Shown: positions 8,605 through 17,697 of the stretch, piece after piece
Position numbering within the stretch: the stretch's first letter is position 1
Layout of the letters: each line of letters begins with the position of its first letter
IMG/VR virus record: IMGVR_UViG_3300036861_000806
Span: 26,955 to 90,954 of that record
Source of the DNA: a virus
Direction: 5' to 3' (one strand)
DNA: 64,000 nt
Program-made: the position numbers and the translations under genes
The notes under the pieces: generated by a model
Told to the model about the DNA's origin: nothing
Database searches by the model: none
What the model saw: only the letters and a program-made list of their open reading frames with translations

Positions 8605-10125
8605 TCAGCGACGAACCCTCCGGCGCTTCCGTCCGCGTGCGCCGAGTCGGCGGAGCACGGCGCGTTCCGCCTCATCCATGTCCTCGTCCTCGTCTTCATC
8701 CTCGTCGTCCTGATCCATCGGCGCGACGGGCGACGGACTCGTGGGCGGTGCGGACAGATCGCCGAAGTCATCAGCCTCGGCAAGCTCCGGCTCGAACGAC
8801 ATCGCGGGACCGACGGGGAACAGCTCGCCGCCAGCCTCCGGGCCCAGCGGATCGAGTCCCTGCGCGGCGCGCCATTCGTCCATCCGGCGCGACCATGGGG
8901 CGGCTGTCGCCATCGCCTTGACAAAGTCCTTATCGGTCACGTCGTCGAAGGCGTAATCGACGATCAGACGCTCATCGAACTCAGGCGCGATTCGCTCCTG
9001 GAGCGTGGCTCGGAATGATTCCAATTCTGGCTGAAGCACCCAGTTCGCGAACAGTGTTTCACTCGCGTCTATGGTGGCGCGATTCGACGATTCAATCACG
9101 CCTAATAGCTCGGGCGGAACTCCGGCAACCTGGAAGACGGTGTCGCGTGAGAACCTACGAAGCGCCTCCATCTGGAGATTGCGGAAATTCGGATCCTTGA
9201 ATTCCTCAATCCCTAGCTCCGTCTTGCTGAACCTCGCTCGGAAACTCCTCCAGAATCCTTCGTGGTTACGGCGCCAGTCCTGCTCAAGCTGTCGTACCTG
9301 CGGGTCGGTCCACGTCTGTCCGTTCTTCGGGAAGACGACGAAGTCAGGGCGGGCGCCGTTTAGGAATACTTGACGTTGGGTCGAGGCCGCATACTGATCC
9401 GTCTCGATTTCATCGGCGAGCGCTCGCGCCAAGCCGGTGCCCCGGCCATAGGGGTTTTCCAGATTCGGTTTCACGAACCACGTGATCTCGGTCTCAGGGA
9501 TTGCGCCCTGCCAGCCTCGGAATGAGACGAAGAACGTCCGGGATGACGGCGTTGGAGTCGCACGGATCCAATGCGGGGGGATCGGATAGACGGCGATAGG
9601 AACGCCGAGGGCGTTTCGCTCCTTCACCCAGAACGCCTCGCCCTCCACGTAGCGGAGCGCAAACATCACGCGCCGCACGTCGAGCCCGGTCAGCACCGTG
9701 TTGCCGCCAGACATCAGGTCGAGGAACGGATGTTCGGTCAGCTCTTCAAGCTGTCCCGCCGCCTTGAGACGGGCGAGGGCAATGCGCCGACGTGCAAATG
9801 GCGCCGATTGGAGCATCTTGACCCGCACGGCTGCTCGGCGTCCATCAGAGAGCGAGCGCCCGGTGCGGACGACCTTAGCCTGCCACTCAATGGGAGCCAG
9901 GGCTGAGGCGACCTTGTCGGCGACGGCATGAAGCCAGGGGGCATCCGCGTAGGCGGCGATCCGCTCGCGGGCCCCGCGGGTGGGGGCGGCGCCGATCGCG
10001 CCGGGCCATATTCCACTCAAAAGTCCAAAGGCTTGCTGGCTGGAGCGGTCGTCGAAGATCCCAACGGCAGCGCGCACAGCGATGTTAAGACGCTGGCGGA
10101 ACGTCGGGGTCATACATGTCTCCAC
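8605..10125 (-). CDS. Portal protein, HK97 family
   Basis: HPFLDL, GEAFW, VYPIPP, NPYGRG, FLNGARP, VAGVPPELLG..SSNRAT motifs. Confidence 0.93.
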   Translation of the reverse strand: METCMTPTFRQRLNIAVRAAVGIFDDRSSQQAFGLLSGIWPGAIGAAPTRGARERIAAYADAPWLHAVADKVASALAPIEWQAKVVRTGRSLSDGRRAAVRVKMLQSAPFARRRIALARLKAAGQLEELTEHPFLDLMSGGNTVLTGLDVRRVMFALRYVEGEAFWVKERNALGVPIAVYPIPPHWIRATPTPSSRTFFVSFRGWQGAIPETEITWFVKPNLENPYGRGTGLARALADEIETDQYAASTQRQVFLNGARPDFVVFPKNGQTWTDPQVRQLEQDWRRNHEGFWRSFRARFSKTELGIEEFKDPNFRNLQMEALRRFSRDTVFQVAGVPPELLGVIESSNRATIDASETLFANWVLQPELESFRATLQERIAPEFDERLIVDYAFDDVTDKDFVKAMATAAPWSRRMDEWRAAQGLDPLGPEAGGELFPVGPAMSFEPELAEADDFGDLSAPPTSPSPVAPMDQDDEDEDEDEDMDEAERAVLRRLGARGRKRRRVRR

Positions 10126-10311
10126 GCGACTCCGGTCGCAATGAGAGCAATATTTTGAACTGTTACGCCGAATTCTTCTGCCAGCTCTCTGCGCGGCGTA
10201 GTCGCGACGCGTCGTTTGAGTGTGCTCAGGGTCGAGTCTCCCGTCTCATGATAGCGGGGCGACCGTTGATCGCTGGCTCAGGCTATAGAGTTTGGGGCGC
10301 GCCATCTGTCG

Positions 10312-10737
10312 TCACGGGTCCGCCTCGGGCGGCAAGCCGAAGAATCCGGGCTCGATGGCGTCTGGCGCGACGAGAAGAGCATTGCCGTTCCACTCGCCCG
10401 GTATCCAGGGCGATGCCCGGCGCAGATCCGAGAATCGTCCTTCACCGGCCAGCTCCACGACACGCGAGACCTTCGCTGCCCAGCCGTCTGCGCGCCATCG
10501 AAGGGACTGTACGGCGAGCGCCCGCACGTGGGGATCATGGCCGTTTTGAGCGGCGGCGAGGATTTCGATGCCGATGCCGCCCGCGTCTGGCGTTGGCAAC
10601 GGGACGTTCGTCACGATTCGGTCACCAACTTCGCCGGCCTGTGGCGCTGTTCGGCCGTGGTATACGGCGGAGGTTCGTCCTTCATTGGCCACGATTCGAA
10701 CAAGGTCTGGAACCGCGCGGACCCGCACGGCGCTCAT
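10312..10737 (-). CDS. Hypothetical protein
   Basis: ATGA-coupled to the upstream ORF. Confidence 0.5.
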   Translation of the reverse strand: MSAVRVRAVPDLVRIVANEGRTSAVYHGRTAPQAGEVGDRIVTNVPLPTPDAGGIGIEILAAAQNGHDPHVRALAVQSLRWRADGWAAKVSRVVELAGEGRFSDLRRASPWIPGEWNGNALLVAPDAIEPGFFGLPPEADP

Positions 10738-11159
10738 AGCGGCAGCTCCGAGCCGTGAAGTAGGTCGACTAGGAGTTGGAGGTCTGCACCGAGATACGTT
10801 CGCGGCAGCGTGTGCAGACGCCCGCGCCGGATGGCCTGCTCGTAGGTGAGGCCCAGGAGCCTGGCCTCATGCGCGATCAGTTCGCGGACTTCCTCGGTGC
10901 TCAGCGGGTTCCCCTGCTCCAGCGACCGAGTGAGTGTCGTGGCGAGTTGGCGCCCGGTTCCGTCCTTCGTCCGTTTCAGCGGCATGCGGCGCTGCACAAG
11001 CCGATGCGCCGCCGCAATGATCCCCTCTGGCGTCGCCTTGCACCCCGCAAGGTTCTTATCGAGTTTCTTACGGAAGTCGCGCCGCTTCGAGAGCCAGACG
11101 AAGAATGCCAGGAGCTTGAGCTTCGCCTCGGCTGATCGCTTGCGGCGCTTCCTCTTCAT
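10734..11159 (-). CDS. Basic hypothetical protein downstream of the RAMP-like gene
   Basis: AAGGAGG RBS before ATG 11159. Confidence 0.55.
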   Translation of the reverse strand: MKRKRRKRSAEAKLKLLAFFVWLSKRRDFRKKLDKNLAGCKATPEGIIAAAHRLVQRRMPLKRTKDGTGRQLATTLTRSLEQGNPLSTEEVRELIAHEARLLGLTYEQAIRRGRLHTLPRTYLGADLQLLVDLLHGSELPL

Positions 11160-11187
11160 CGATCCTCCTTCATGCCTCGGTGTGGCG

Positions 11188-11808
11188 TTAGCGCTTGGTA
11201 CCGCTCCGCTTCGGTTTCGGCTCATCGCCGCCGTTTTCTTTCGAGACCGACCACTCCGTCACGACGAAGCGCCCATATTCCGGGCGCCACGCGCCGGTGC
11301 CAACGAGCATCCCAGCCTGCTCGGTCGCCTGCCGCACGGCCTCAGGCGGCACGGCATCATCCACGACGACGAGGCGCACGCGCAGCAGCCAGCCCGCTTT
11401 GAGTGCGGGCCGACGGATGATCGCCATCTTGCCCTTGGGGCCCGGCGGCTGACGACCCGGAACCTGATGCAAGTAATCGCGCTCGGCGACCATCTTTCCA
11501 TTCTCCGTCACAAACCGCCCCGGCTCACGCACAAACAGCACGGCGGCGAGCCTCTGTCGAAGTGGCTTACGATTGAACTTGAGCCCGGCCGCGCTGGCGC
11601 CTTCGAGGATGGTCTTCTTGACGGTCCACTGGGGCCAGTAGAGCCCCGCGTCGTCAGCGTAGGCTCGCTTCTCAGCCAGCTTCGCCCGCTGTTCGTCGGA
11701 CATGTCGCCGGAGGACTTGCCGCTTCGAAAGTTGGCCATCTCCTCGTCGGGCATTCGGTTGAACAGCATATCCGCCAGTCCTTTAAACGTCGCGTCGATC
11801 GTGTACAT
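11188..11808 (-). CDS. Stand-alone RAMP/Cas7(Csm3)-like protein (Vipr-like), 206 aa
   Basis: GGAGG RBS before ATG 11808; N-terminal strand plus GLADMLFN; LYWP..TVKKTI helix; C-terminal Gly-rich loop AGMLVGTGAWRPEYGRFVV typical of RAMP folds. Confidence 0.7.
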   Translation of the reverse strand: MYTIDATFKGLADMLFNRMPDEEMANFRSGKSSGDMSDEQRAKLAEKRAYADDAGLYWPQWTVKKTILEGASAAGLKFNRKPLRQRLAAVLFVREPGRFVTENGKMVAERDYLHQVPGRQPPGPKGKMAIIRRPALKAGWLLRVRLVVVDDAVPPEAVRQATEQAGMLVGTGAWRPEYGRFVVTEWSVSKENGGDEPKPKRSGTKR

Positions 11809-11831
11809 GCTCGCCTCCAGGGATTGAGGGT

Positions 11832-12075
11832 TCGCATCGCTGTGCTTTACTCCGCATCGCTTGGCACGGCTCGGCTGTGCTAAGCTGCGCTTCACCACGC
11901 TTTGCTGCGGCTGTTTCATCGCTTTGCTTTGCTACGCCATGCCTCGCTCGGCTCAACTCAGCCGCGCCTGGCTACGCTCCGGCTGTTTCATCGCTCTGCC
12001 TTGCTTTGCTGAGCTTGGCTTCGCTGGGCTAGACTGCGCTAGGCTTAACTCCGCCCAGCTGCGCTAGGCTGCGCT
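11832..12075 (-). ncRNA. Array of 44 RGY-NN pentamers in three units (17, 12, 15); candidate guide-RNA array
   Basis: Minus strand reads AGC-gc AGC-ct AGC-gc AGC-tg GGC-gg AGT-ta...; three triplets in unit 3 are TGC. Units are separated by AGCGATGAAACAGCCG (plus-strand copies 11908-11923 and 11980-11995). The repeat is seen directly; ncRNA status is inferred. Confidence 0.75.
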
Positions 12076-12397
12076 ACGACTCGTCCTGCCTCCTTTCCCT
12101 CCGCTCGCCGACGCAGGTAATGCCGCCAGGATCGGCGCCGACGGCATCGCGACTTGCACGAATCGGCGGAACTCCGCCTTGTCGTTCGCCAGCTCGCGCG
12201 CCAACACGAGGAAGTTGGTTTCCCGGGCGCTCTCGGTCTGCTTGCTCCGCGTCCACGCCGACAGCGCTGTCGCGGCGATTCGCGCCTTGCCGATGTCGAG
12301 GCTTGTGTGTTCAGACAGCGAGGAACTTGCGCAGCGCGGAGATAGACTCCGTGCCGAGCAGATCGAGATCAGTTTGAGGTTGACGCATTTCGATCAT
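12064..12397 (-). pseudogene. Frameshifted small ORF upstream of the pentamer array
   Basis: AAAGGAG RBS and ATG 12397 give a stop after 28 codons; protein-like reading (LSEHTSLDIGKARIAATALSAW...) continues in another frame to TAG 12064. Confidence 0.5.
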
Positions 12398-12642
12398 AGG
12401 TGATGTTCTCCTTTCAGGGATTGAGGGAGAGTTGGGGCTTTACCGCTCGAACACCGGTTCGACTTCGAGCATTTCGTCGTCGTCTCGCAGGACCCGGACA
12501 CGTTTTGCCCCGAGGCATAGCGGGCAGTCGACGTGCTCCCGTTGAAGCTGCGCCTCCGTGCAGCCAGGCACCATGCACCCTTGGTGCATGATGATCATAG
12601 GGCATGGCCCGACCCAGCCGACCCCGCCGACGCCGACCGCGC

Positions 12643-12963
12643 TCACCGCAATCTCCTCGGCGGCCCGAAATCACCGCTCCGCGCAGCGTCACCAGGAAAC
12701 CACGATCCCTCAGCGGCACACGCGGCCTCGACGCTCGTCTCCGGCACCGTCTCGGTCTCAACGACGACCTCGCCCGTCGCTGGGTCAGGCGCAGAGACCG
12801 AGACGACGCGCCGTCGGGTCGACCCGTCCGCCGCGACAGCCGGCGTCCCGTCGGACTCGAAGAGGCGGAACACGTCGCCCGTCGACAGGCGCGCAAGCGC
12901 CGCCTCACCGCCAGGCAATGCCTCCCAAGCCCCGGCCCGCCAGACCTCAGCACAACGGGTCAC
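12643..12963 (-). CDS. Hypothetical protein
   Basis: ORF in operon orientation. Confidence 0.5.
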   Translation of the reverse strand: MTRCAEVWRAGAWEALPGGEAALARLSTGDVFRLFESDGTPAVAADGSTRRRVVSVSAPDPATGEVVVETETVPETSVEAACAAEGSWFPGDAARSGDFGPPRRLR

Positions 12964-13139
12964 GGCATTAGACCGGGCGTTCCGACATGCCCGCCCGCTG
13001 ATCCCGGGCCGTCATGATTGTCGCTCACGCCGACCACCCATGCACACCGTCATGATGTTCGCCCGCGTGCCCGAGCGGCCACGAGCACTCGTGCGTCCCT
13101 TCCGTCGGACAACCGGCGCGGCAAAACACTGTCGAAAAA

Positions 13140-13457
13140 TTATGATCCCCCTTTTACCCAGCCGCATCGGCTGTGTTGCCGCCAGTCATCAGATCCAAGA
13201 ACGGGTGCTACTTCAGATCCTGGCACGGCCTGAAATTCCGCCAACAGTGCGTCACGCGCTTCTCCGAGCCGCTCGACCAGCGCGTCGAACAACGCCTCGA
13301 CCTGCGCGCAGCGGAGCCCTGCGTCCTTGTGCAGCGACGCGGCGGCCCGTACCCCGAGCGTGAGCGCAGCGAGCCCAGCCCCGAACCCCGCGTCGATCTG
13401 AACTGCCGCCATCACGCGCATCGCCGCCTTGACCGCGTCCGTCGTCGGCTTCGCCAT
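13140..13457 (-). CDS. Hypothetical protein
   Basis: AAAGGAG RBS before MAKPTTD. Confidence 0.55.
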   Translation of the reverse strand: MAKPTTDAVKAAMRVMAAVQIDAGFGAGLAALTLGVRAAASLHKDAGLRCAQVEALFDALVERLGEARDALLAEFQAVPGSEVAPVLGSDDWRQHSRCGWVKGGS

Positions 13458-13738
13458 CAGGATCTCCTTTCTTTCTTTGGTCGTCGGGTAACTCGGCCCA
13501 GCCGCCCGCGCGCCATACCTCGGCGCGGCGGGTCATCGAAGATACGAACGCTTCCATCGGAGGTCGTACATTCCGCAATTGCATCGTGTCGCCGGAAATG
13601 CCGTCCTACAGCGCGACGTCAGATCTCGGATTGTCACGCCGTCATAGGGGATCGCGATCTGTGTGACATTCTCCAGGGCGACCTCGTGTACAAAGTGCGA
13701 CCCCTCGTGAATAACGATCAGACGGCGCCCGCCGGTGA

Positions 13739-14659
13739 TCACGACGCGACCCGGCGAATGACTCGAAACGTCTCGCGCGTGCTCTCGGGCGACGAACCGG
13801 CGACATGGATGCCGGGGGCCGCCCCAGCTCGGCGCATAGCCGTCCAGCAAAAGAGCAAGGACATCAGCGAATCGTATTTCCCGCGCGACGGGTCCGGGTA
13901 CGCCACCACATCCTCACGGAGCGCGCAGTACGCACACGCACAGAGCGCGTCGTGCGACTTCAGCGGGGCGCGCGTGTCGTACGCGTCATCCATACAGAGT
14001 GCCCACAGCCCACGTTCCATCTCCACGGCGAGCCCCTCCAGTTCCGGCTGCTTATTCGCCCCCGTCGTCACGTGATCGAACGGGATCGACGGATCCACTG
14101 TCTGGGTCAGTGCGGAGATCGACCCCTGCGTGGCGTTGCTCTCCAGCATGAGCGTCGCGAACTGATGCCGCGCGTGGGCGTTGGCCAGCATGTGCGCGGT
14201 GTGCAGGTAGGGGCTCGAGCCCGCCCCTGCGGCCTGATTCGCCCATAGATTGCACGCCACGATCACCCGCGTCTGCCGCGACCGCTCCTCGCGCGCGGCC
14301 GGGGTCATGTCGTCGAGCGGGACATCTGCCATGAGAACCGATCGCCCGAGCGCGGCGACAGTGAGAGCGTTCCCTGGTCGGGTCTCACCAGCGGGATCGA
14401 CGCCACCGTATCGCCGCGCCAGCGGCACCCCGTCCGTCTCTCCGAGGAGCTGGGCCACTGTCACCCCGTAGCGGAGGAACTTCTCGATCCCCCGCGCGAA
14501 CAGCCGCTCCCCGTCCTCCATCGGCTGCTGCTGCATTCCGCGCCGGAACATCCGCGGGCTGTCCCGCTGCACCTGACGGAGCGAGTCTTGATTCCAGCGC
14601 GCCTCCCACAGCGGGAGGGCGAACGACTGCCCCGGCTCGAAGAGTGGTCCATGCGTCAT
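13739..14659 (-). CDS. terL: Terminase large subunit, C-terminal nuclease part
   Basis: PLWEARW, MQQQP, GGVDPAG, LESNATQ, YP..KYDSLMS (RNase H-like terminase nuclease motifs). Confidence 0.8.
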   Translation of the reverse strand: MTHGPLFEPGQSFALPLWEARWNQDSLRQVQRDSPRMFRRGMQQQPMEDGERLFARGIEKFLRYGVTVAQLLGETDGVPLARRYGGVDPAGETRPGNALTVAALGRSVLMADVPLDDMTPAAREERSRQTRVIVACNLWANQAAGAGSSPYLHTAHMLANAHARHQFATLMLESNATQGSISALTQTVDPSIPFDHVTTGANKQPELEGLAVEMERGLWALCMDDAYDTRAPLKSHDALCACAYCALREDVVAYPDPSRGKYDSLMSLLFCWTAMRRAGAAPGIHVAGSSPESTRETFRVIRRVAS

Positions 14660-14689
14660 CGTTCTCTCATCACGTCCCGGAAGACTCCA

Positions 14690-15538
14690 TCATCGTCGGC
14701 TCCGATCACGCATCGTCGTCTGACTCTCGACCCGCGCCTCCAACTGCGCACAGTCATCGCTCACGCGCACGATCAGCCAGCGCCAGCGCTCGCCGCCCTC
14801 GGCCATTAACTTGGCATAAGCGTCTTGTTGGTGATGACGGAATCCCACCATGAGTACGCGCGTCTGGGGTTGGAGCCGCTGAAGCCAGAAGCCAATAGAC
14901 TCGTACACCTTGAGGCGCATACCGGGATTATAAATCGTGTTGTGCGCCGTAACCGGATCGTCGAACACGAGGATATCGTGCGACGCGCCGGCCCGGATGC
15001 CGATCACCGGGCTCGCCTCGAGCGTCGGATCGCGCCCAGGCGACGTGCGCTTGACGAAGATCTTATGATCAGCCCACGGCTCGCCGGGCGCTGGGACGCA
15101 CTGCGGAAACACATCGCGGAATTCTGGCATTCTCCGATCGTAGGCCAAGCTCGACGGGTCGCCGCTCTCGATATACCGCTTGACCGTCATCACGCGCTTG
15201 ACCGACTCGTCATCCGACCCCGACACGATCCGCGCGCGCAGATTGGGATCGCGCCCAATCTCCCACAGTAATCGTCCCTCCACGATTACGAGACTTTTCC
15301 CCCACTGGACCGGCCCAAGAATGCCGGCGTAATACCCCCGCGTCCAGCAGTCATCCACGAAGTCCCCAAGTAGCCGATGGAAGAGCGAGTAGTCAACCGG
15401 ACGCGCCCGGTCATCACGCAGCACGAACGGCACGAACGTGTGAAAGTCCACCCGGGATCGGAGCACGAGCTCCTGGTACGCGGCGACGCCGGCTCGAAGC
15501 ATGACATCTTCAGGCGTCGTTTGAGGATTCGTGACCAT
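14690..15538 (-). CDS. terL: Terminase large subunit, N-terminal ATPase part
   Basis: Walker A-like ILGPVQWGKS, Walker B ILVFDDP, VGFRHHQQD; follows terS; in frame with the next part across a single TGA. Confidence 0.85.
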   Translation of the reverse strand: MVTNPQTTPEDVMLRAGVAAYQELVLRSRVDFHTFVPFVLRDDRARPVDYSLFHRLLGDFVDDCWTRGYYAGILGPVQWGKSLVIVEGRLLWEIGRDPNLRARIVSGSDDESVKRVMTVKRYIESGDPSSLAYDRRMPEFRDVFPQCVPAPGEPWADHKIFVKRTSPGRDPTLEASPVIGIRAGASHDILVFDDPVTAHNTIYNPGMRLKVYESIGFWLQRLQPQTRVLMVGFRHHQQDAYAKLMAEGGERWRWLIVRVSDDCAQLEARVESQTTMRDRSRR

Positions 15539-16325
15539 CGGTCCCTGACGTGAGCGCCGGCGTCCACGGGGTCGCGACGTCGGGCGATGGATGCATCGTG
15601 AGTCGCACATAGCGATCGATCGCGCGCCGCCGATCATCCTCGGGGATCTCCCGCAGTTGATCCTCGATCGTCACTGTCACATTCACCCCCGCCCCCCCGG
15701 CCGGCATCAGATTCCGGAGCCTTGCATACAGCGCGATGGCCGCCAGCTTGTCGTGCGCTGACACCTCGAGGTTGGGCCCATAGGGGCCCTGTGTCTTGCG
15801 GAGCGTCTTGATGGCCGCCGCGATATGATCGGGCAGGTCGGCAACCGTCCCGGCCTCGAGCGCGGCGAGGGCGGCATCGATCTCGCGCGCCCCGGCGAAC
15901 GCGATCGCCCCGGTCTCTGCGGCGAGGCGCTCTACAGTCGCCCCGCTGGCCTCGAGCGTGCGCTCCATCGCCTCCTGCACATCCGGCAGGCGCAGCAGTC
16001 GGCTGCCGATGACCATGAGGCTCGGATTGCCTCCGCGGTAACCGGCCGCGCGCGCCGACTCCATTCCGTTGCCAGCCGTTGGCCCGACGAGATACGCCCG
16101 GATGAATCGTCGTTTGCGCACCGCCGCCCGCGTGCTCTGCCGGCTGCGCTGCGGCGCACTGTCCCGAAGCGGCGAGAGTGCATGGCCCGCTTTCGCTCGC
16201 TTCAACGCGGCGTCAATCTCCTCGATCTGCGCCACCGCGTGGGCGCGGAGCTTCTTCAGATCCTCTGGCGCCAGCCGCGCGATCTGCTCGCGCTCGGCCC
16301 ATTGGGCGTCAGACTCTTGCGCCAA
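15510..16325 (-). CDS. terS: Terminase small subunit
   Basis: RRFIRAYL..NGMESARAAGY..GSRLLRLPDV HTH; HDKLAAI motif. Confidence 0.85.
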   Translation of the reverse strand: MAQESDAQWAEREQIARLAPEDLKKLRAHAVAQIEEIDAALKRAKAGHALSPLRDSAPQRSRQSTRAAVRKRRFIRAYLVGPTAGNGMESARAAGYRGGNPSLMVIGSRLLRLPDVQEAMERTLEASGATVERLAAETGAIAFAGAREIDAALAALEAGTVADLPDHIAAAIKTLRKTQGPYGPNLEVSAHDKLAAIALYARLRNLMPAGGAGVNVTVTIEDQLREIPEDDRRRAIDRYVRLTMHPSPDVATPWTPALTSGTDGHESSNDA

Positions 16326-16367
16326 GAGCCTTCACGCGCTTCGCGGGCGCGCCCCAGTCGTGGGAGT

Positions 16368-16580
16368 TCACAGGTCATCCTCTCGGCCCATTGACTGGGC
16401 GGCCTTCACCAACACCGCCTTGAATTCGATCAGCGAGGAGTTCACATGCCCATATTCCGAATTCTGATTCGCAAGCTGCGCGGTCCGCCGCTGAATCCGC
16501 ATCAAGTCGCGGTAGGACTTGCGGACGAGCGTGAAGTCGTCATCACCGGGGGCCATGGAGTACCTCGTCACGATAGACAT
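16368..16580 (-). CDS. Small hypothetical protein
   Basis: ORF between the nucleotidyltransferase and terS. Confidence 0.4.
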   Translation of the reverse strand: MSIVTRYSMAPGDDDFTLVRKSYRDLMRIQRRTAQLANQNSEYGHVNSSLIEFKAVLVKAAQSMGREDDL

Positions 16581-17571
16581 TGTAGATCAGGTCATCGGCG
16601 AAGGCGCGATCGGGCTCGGCCCTGAGATCGGAGCTCGCGCTGCTGGCGTAGAGGCGCGCCAAGCCCTGCTCAATCATCGTGTAGACGTCGTGTCGTTCGC
16701 ACTGCCCCGTCTTGATCTGCACGAGTAGCGCCCGATCCGGACGCGGAAACGTAATCCATCCGGTGTCGAGGACCTCAACCGCTTCCTCGTTCACCCGAAC
16801 CGCATGAGAGAGCGCCTTCCAGTCGACGCCGCCGGCTAGATGAGCCTTCTTCGCGCGCTCGCCGTACTCGGCTAGAACCTTGCCGTACGTCTCGCGGGCG
16901 TACTTCACCGTCGCGCCGAGCGGCAACTTGCGACCGCAGACATGCAGATGCGTGACCGTCGTGCCGTTGACCCCAGGCAGGTCGATCAGTTCGATGAGCT
17001 GCGACTGCTCCAGCGATAGCAGGCTCTCGCAGTCGACGACCAGCGCGCCGATAGCGACTGCGTGCTCAGAGAGTCGATCGCTCACCGGCAGGGCATTCAG
17101 GAGATCGACGACACGCCGAACGGCGTCCATCCGAGAGCCCTTGATCCCATATCGCGCTGCCTGCTTCCGGGCATACCCCACGAAGGCGTTGACGTTGCGA
17201 GACAGGAGCCGATCGCGGCCGTCGAGAATCTGCTGCATGACGCGCTGGCCGAGCGCCGTTGGGCACTCAGCCCGTTTGTTGCCGAACGCGAACAGCACGT
17301 CCAACGCCCACGTCTGACCATCCATGAGATCGTGGAGGAAGCGATCCAGGCTGAATTGCTCCACGTCCACGTCGTCCTGGCTGTTCCGCTCAAACGTGGC
17401 CTTCTTGCGGCTGGTGACGATTGCCTTGTCGTAGGAGCCGAGGACGATCTCCCGAGCCGTGGGCACGTAGATGCGCTTGATGTCCAGGTCAGAGTCGGGC
17501 GTGTCGGTGCCGTACAGATGGGAACCAAACTTCACTTCCAGCAGCACCTTGCCCGTTACGGCGCGCCCCAT
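16543..17571 (-). CDS. Pol-beta superfamily nucleotidyltransferase (Nuc-transf/RlaP-like)
   Basis: FGSHLYGTDTPDSDLDIK motif; DWKALSHAVR; LVQIKTG. Confidence 0.88.
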   Translation of the reverse strand: MGRAVTGKVLLEVKFGSHLYGTDTPDSDLDIKRIYVPTAREIVLGSYDKAIVTSRKKATFERNSQDDVDVEQFSLDRFLHDLMDGQTWALDVLFAFGNKRAECPTALGQRVMQQILDGRDRLLSRNVNAFVGYARKQAARYGIKGSRMDAVRRVVDLLNALPVSDRLSEHAVAIGALVVDCESLLSLEQSQLIELIDLPGVNGTTVTHLHVCGRKLPLGATVKYARETYGKVLAEYGERAKKAHLAGGVDWKALSHAVRVNEEAVEVLDTGWITFPRPDRALLVQIKTGQCERHDVYTMIEQGLARLYASSASSDLRAEPDRAFADDLIYNVYRDEVLHGPR

Positions 17572-17576
17572 GGCGT

Positions 17577-17623
17577 GTACAGTACGCCGAGAGTCAGACT
17601 CAGGTCAACCACGCGGTAGACGG
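17577..17623 (-). promoter_or_regulatory. Conserved motif copy 1 with sigma70-like promoter
   Basis: CCGTCTACCGCGTGG-TTGACC-N18-TACTGT upstream of the NTase/terminase operon. Confidence 0.65.
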
Positions 17624-17697
17624 GGTAGCGCCCCCGGCTTACCTGCCTCGGCAATAATATACTTGACACACAAGGCTAGATCGCCTATGCTTGGGGT

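Larger units (their letters stand above)
11818..12427 (-). repeat. 13-bp direct repeat CCCTCAATCCCTG preceding two RBSs (11818-11830, 12415-12427)
   Basis: Identical copies sit just upstream of the RBS of the RAMP-like gene and of the ORF upstream of the array. Confidence 0.8.

Noticed and set aside
11832-12075. Pentamer array as a canonical CRISPR, microsatellite or protein N-terminus (ORFs 11188-11919, 11861-12067)
   Set aside because: Period 5 is incompatible with codon structure, the NN positions are too variable for slippage, there are no 25-40 bp repeat/spacer units, and the RBS supports a start at 11808.
14690-14692. Genome-wide TGA recoding
   Set aside because: Many genes end in TGA with ATGA/GTGA coupling, so TGA is a normal stop.
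17604-17623. The 20-mer motif as an IS terminal repeat
   Set aside because: All three IS elements have their own TIRs and TSDs, and the 20-mer copies lie outside them in direct orientation.
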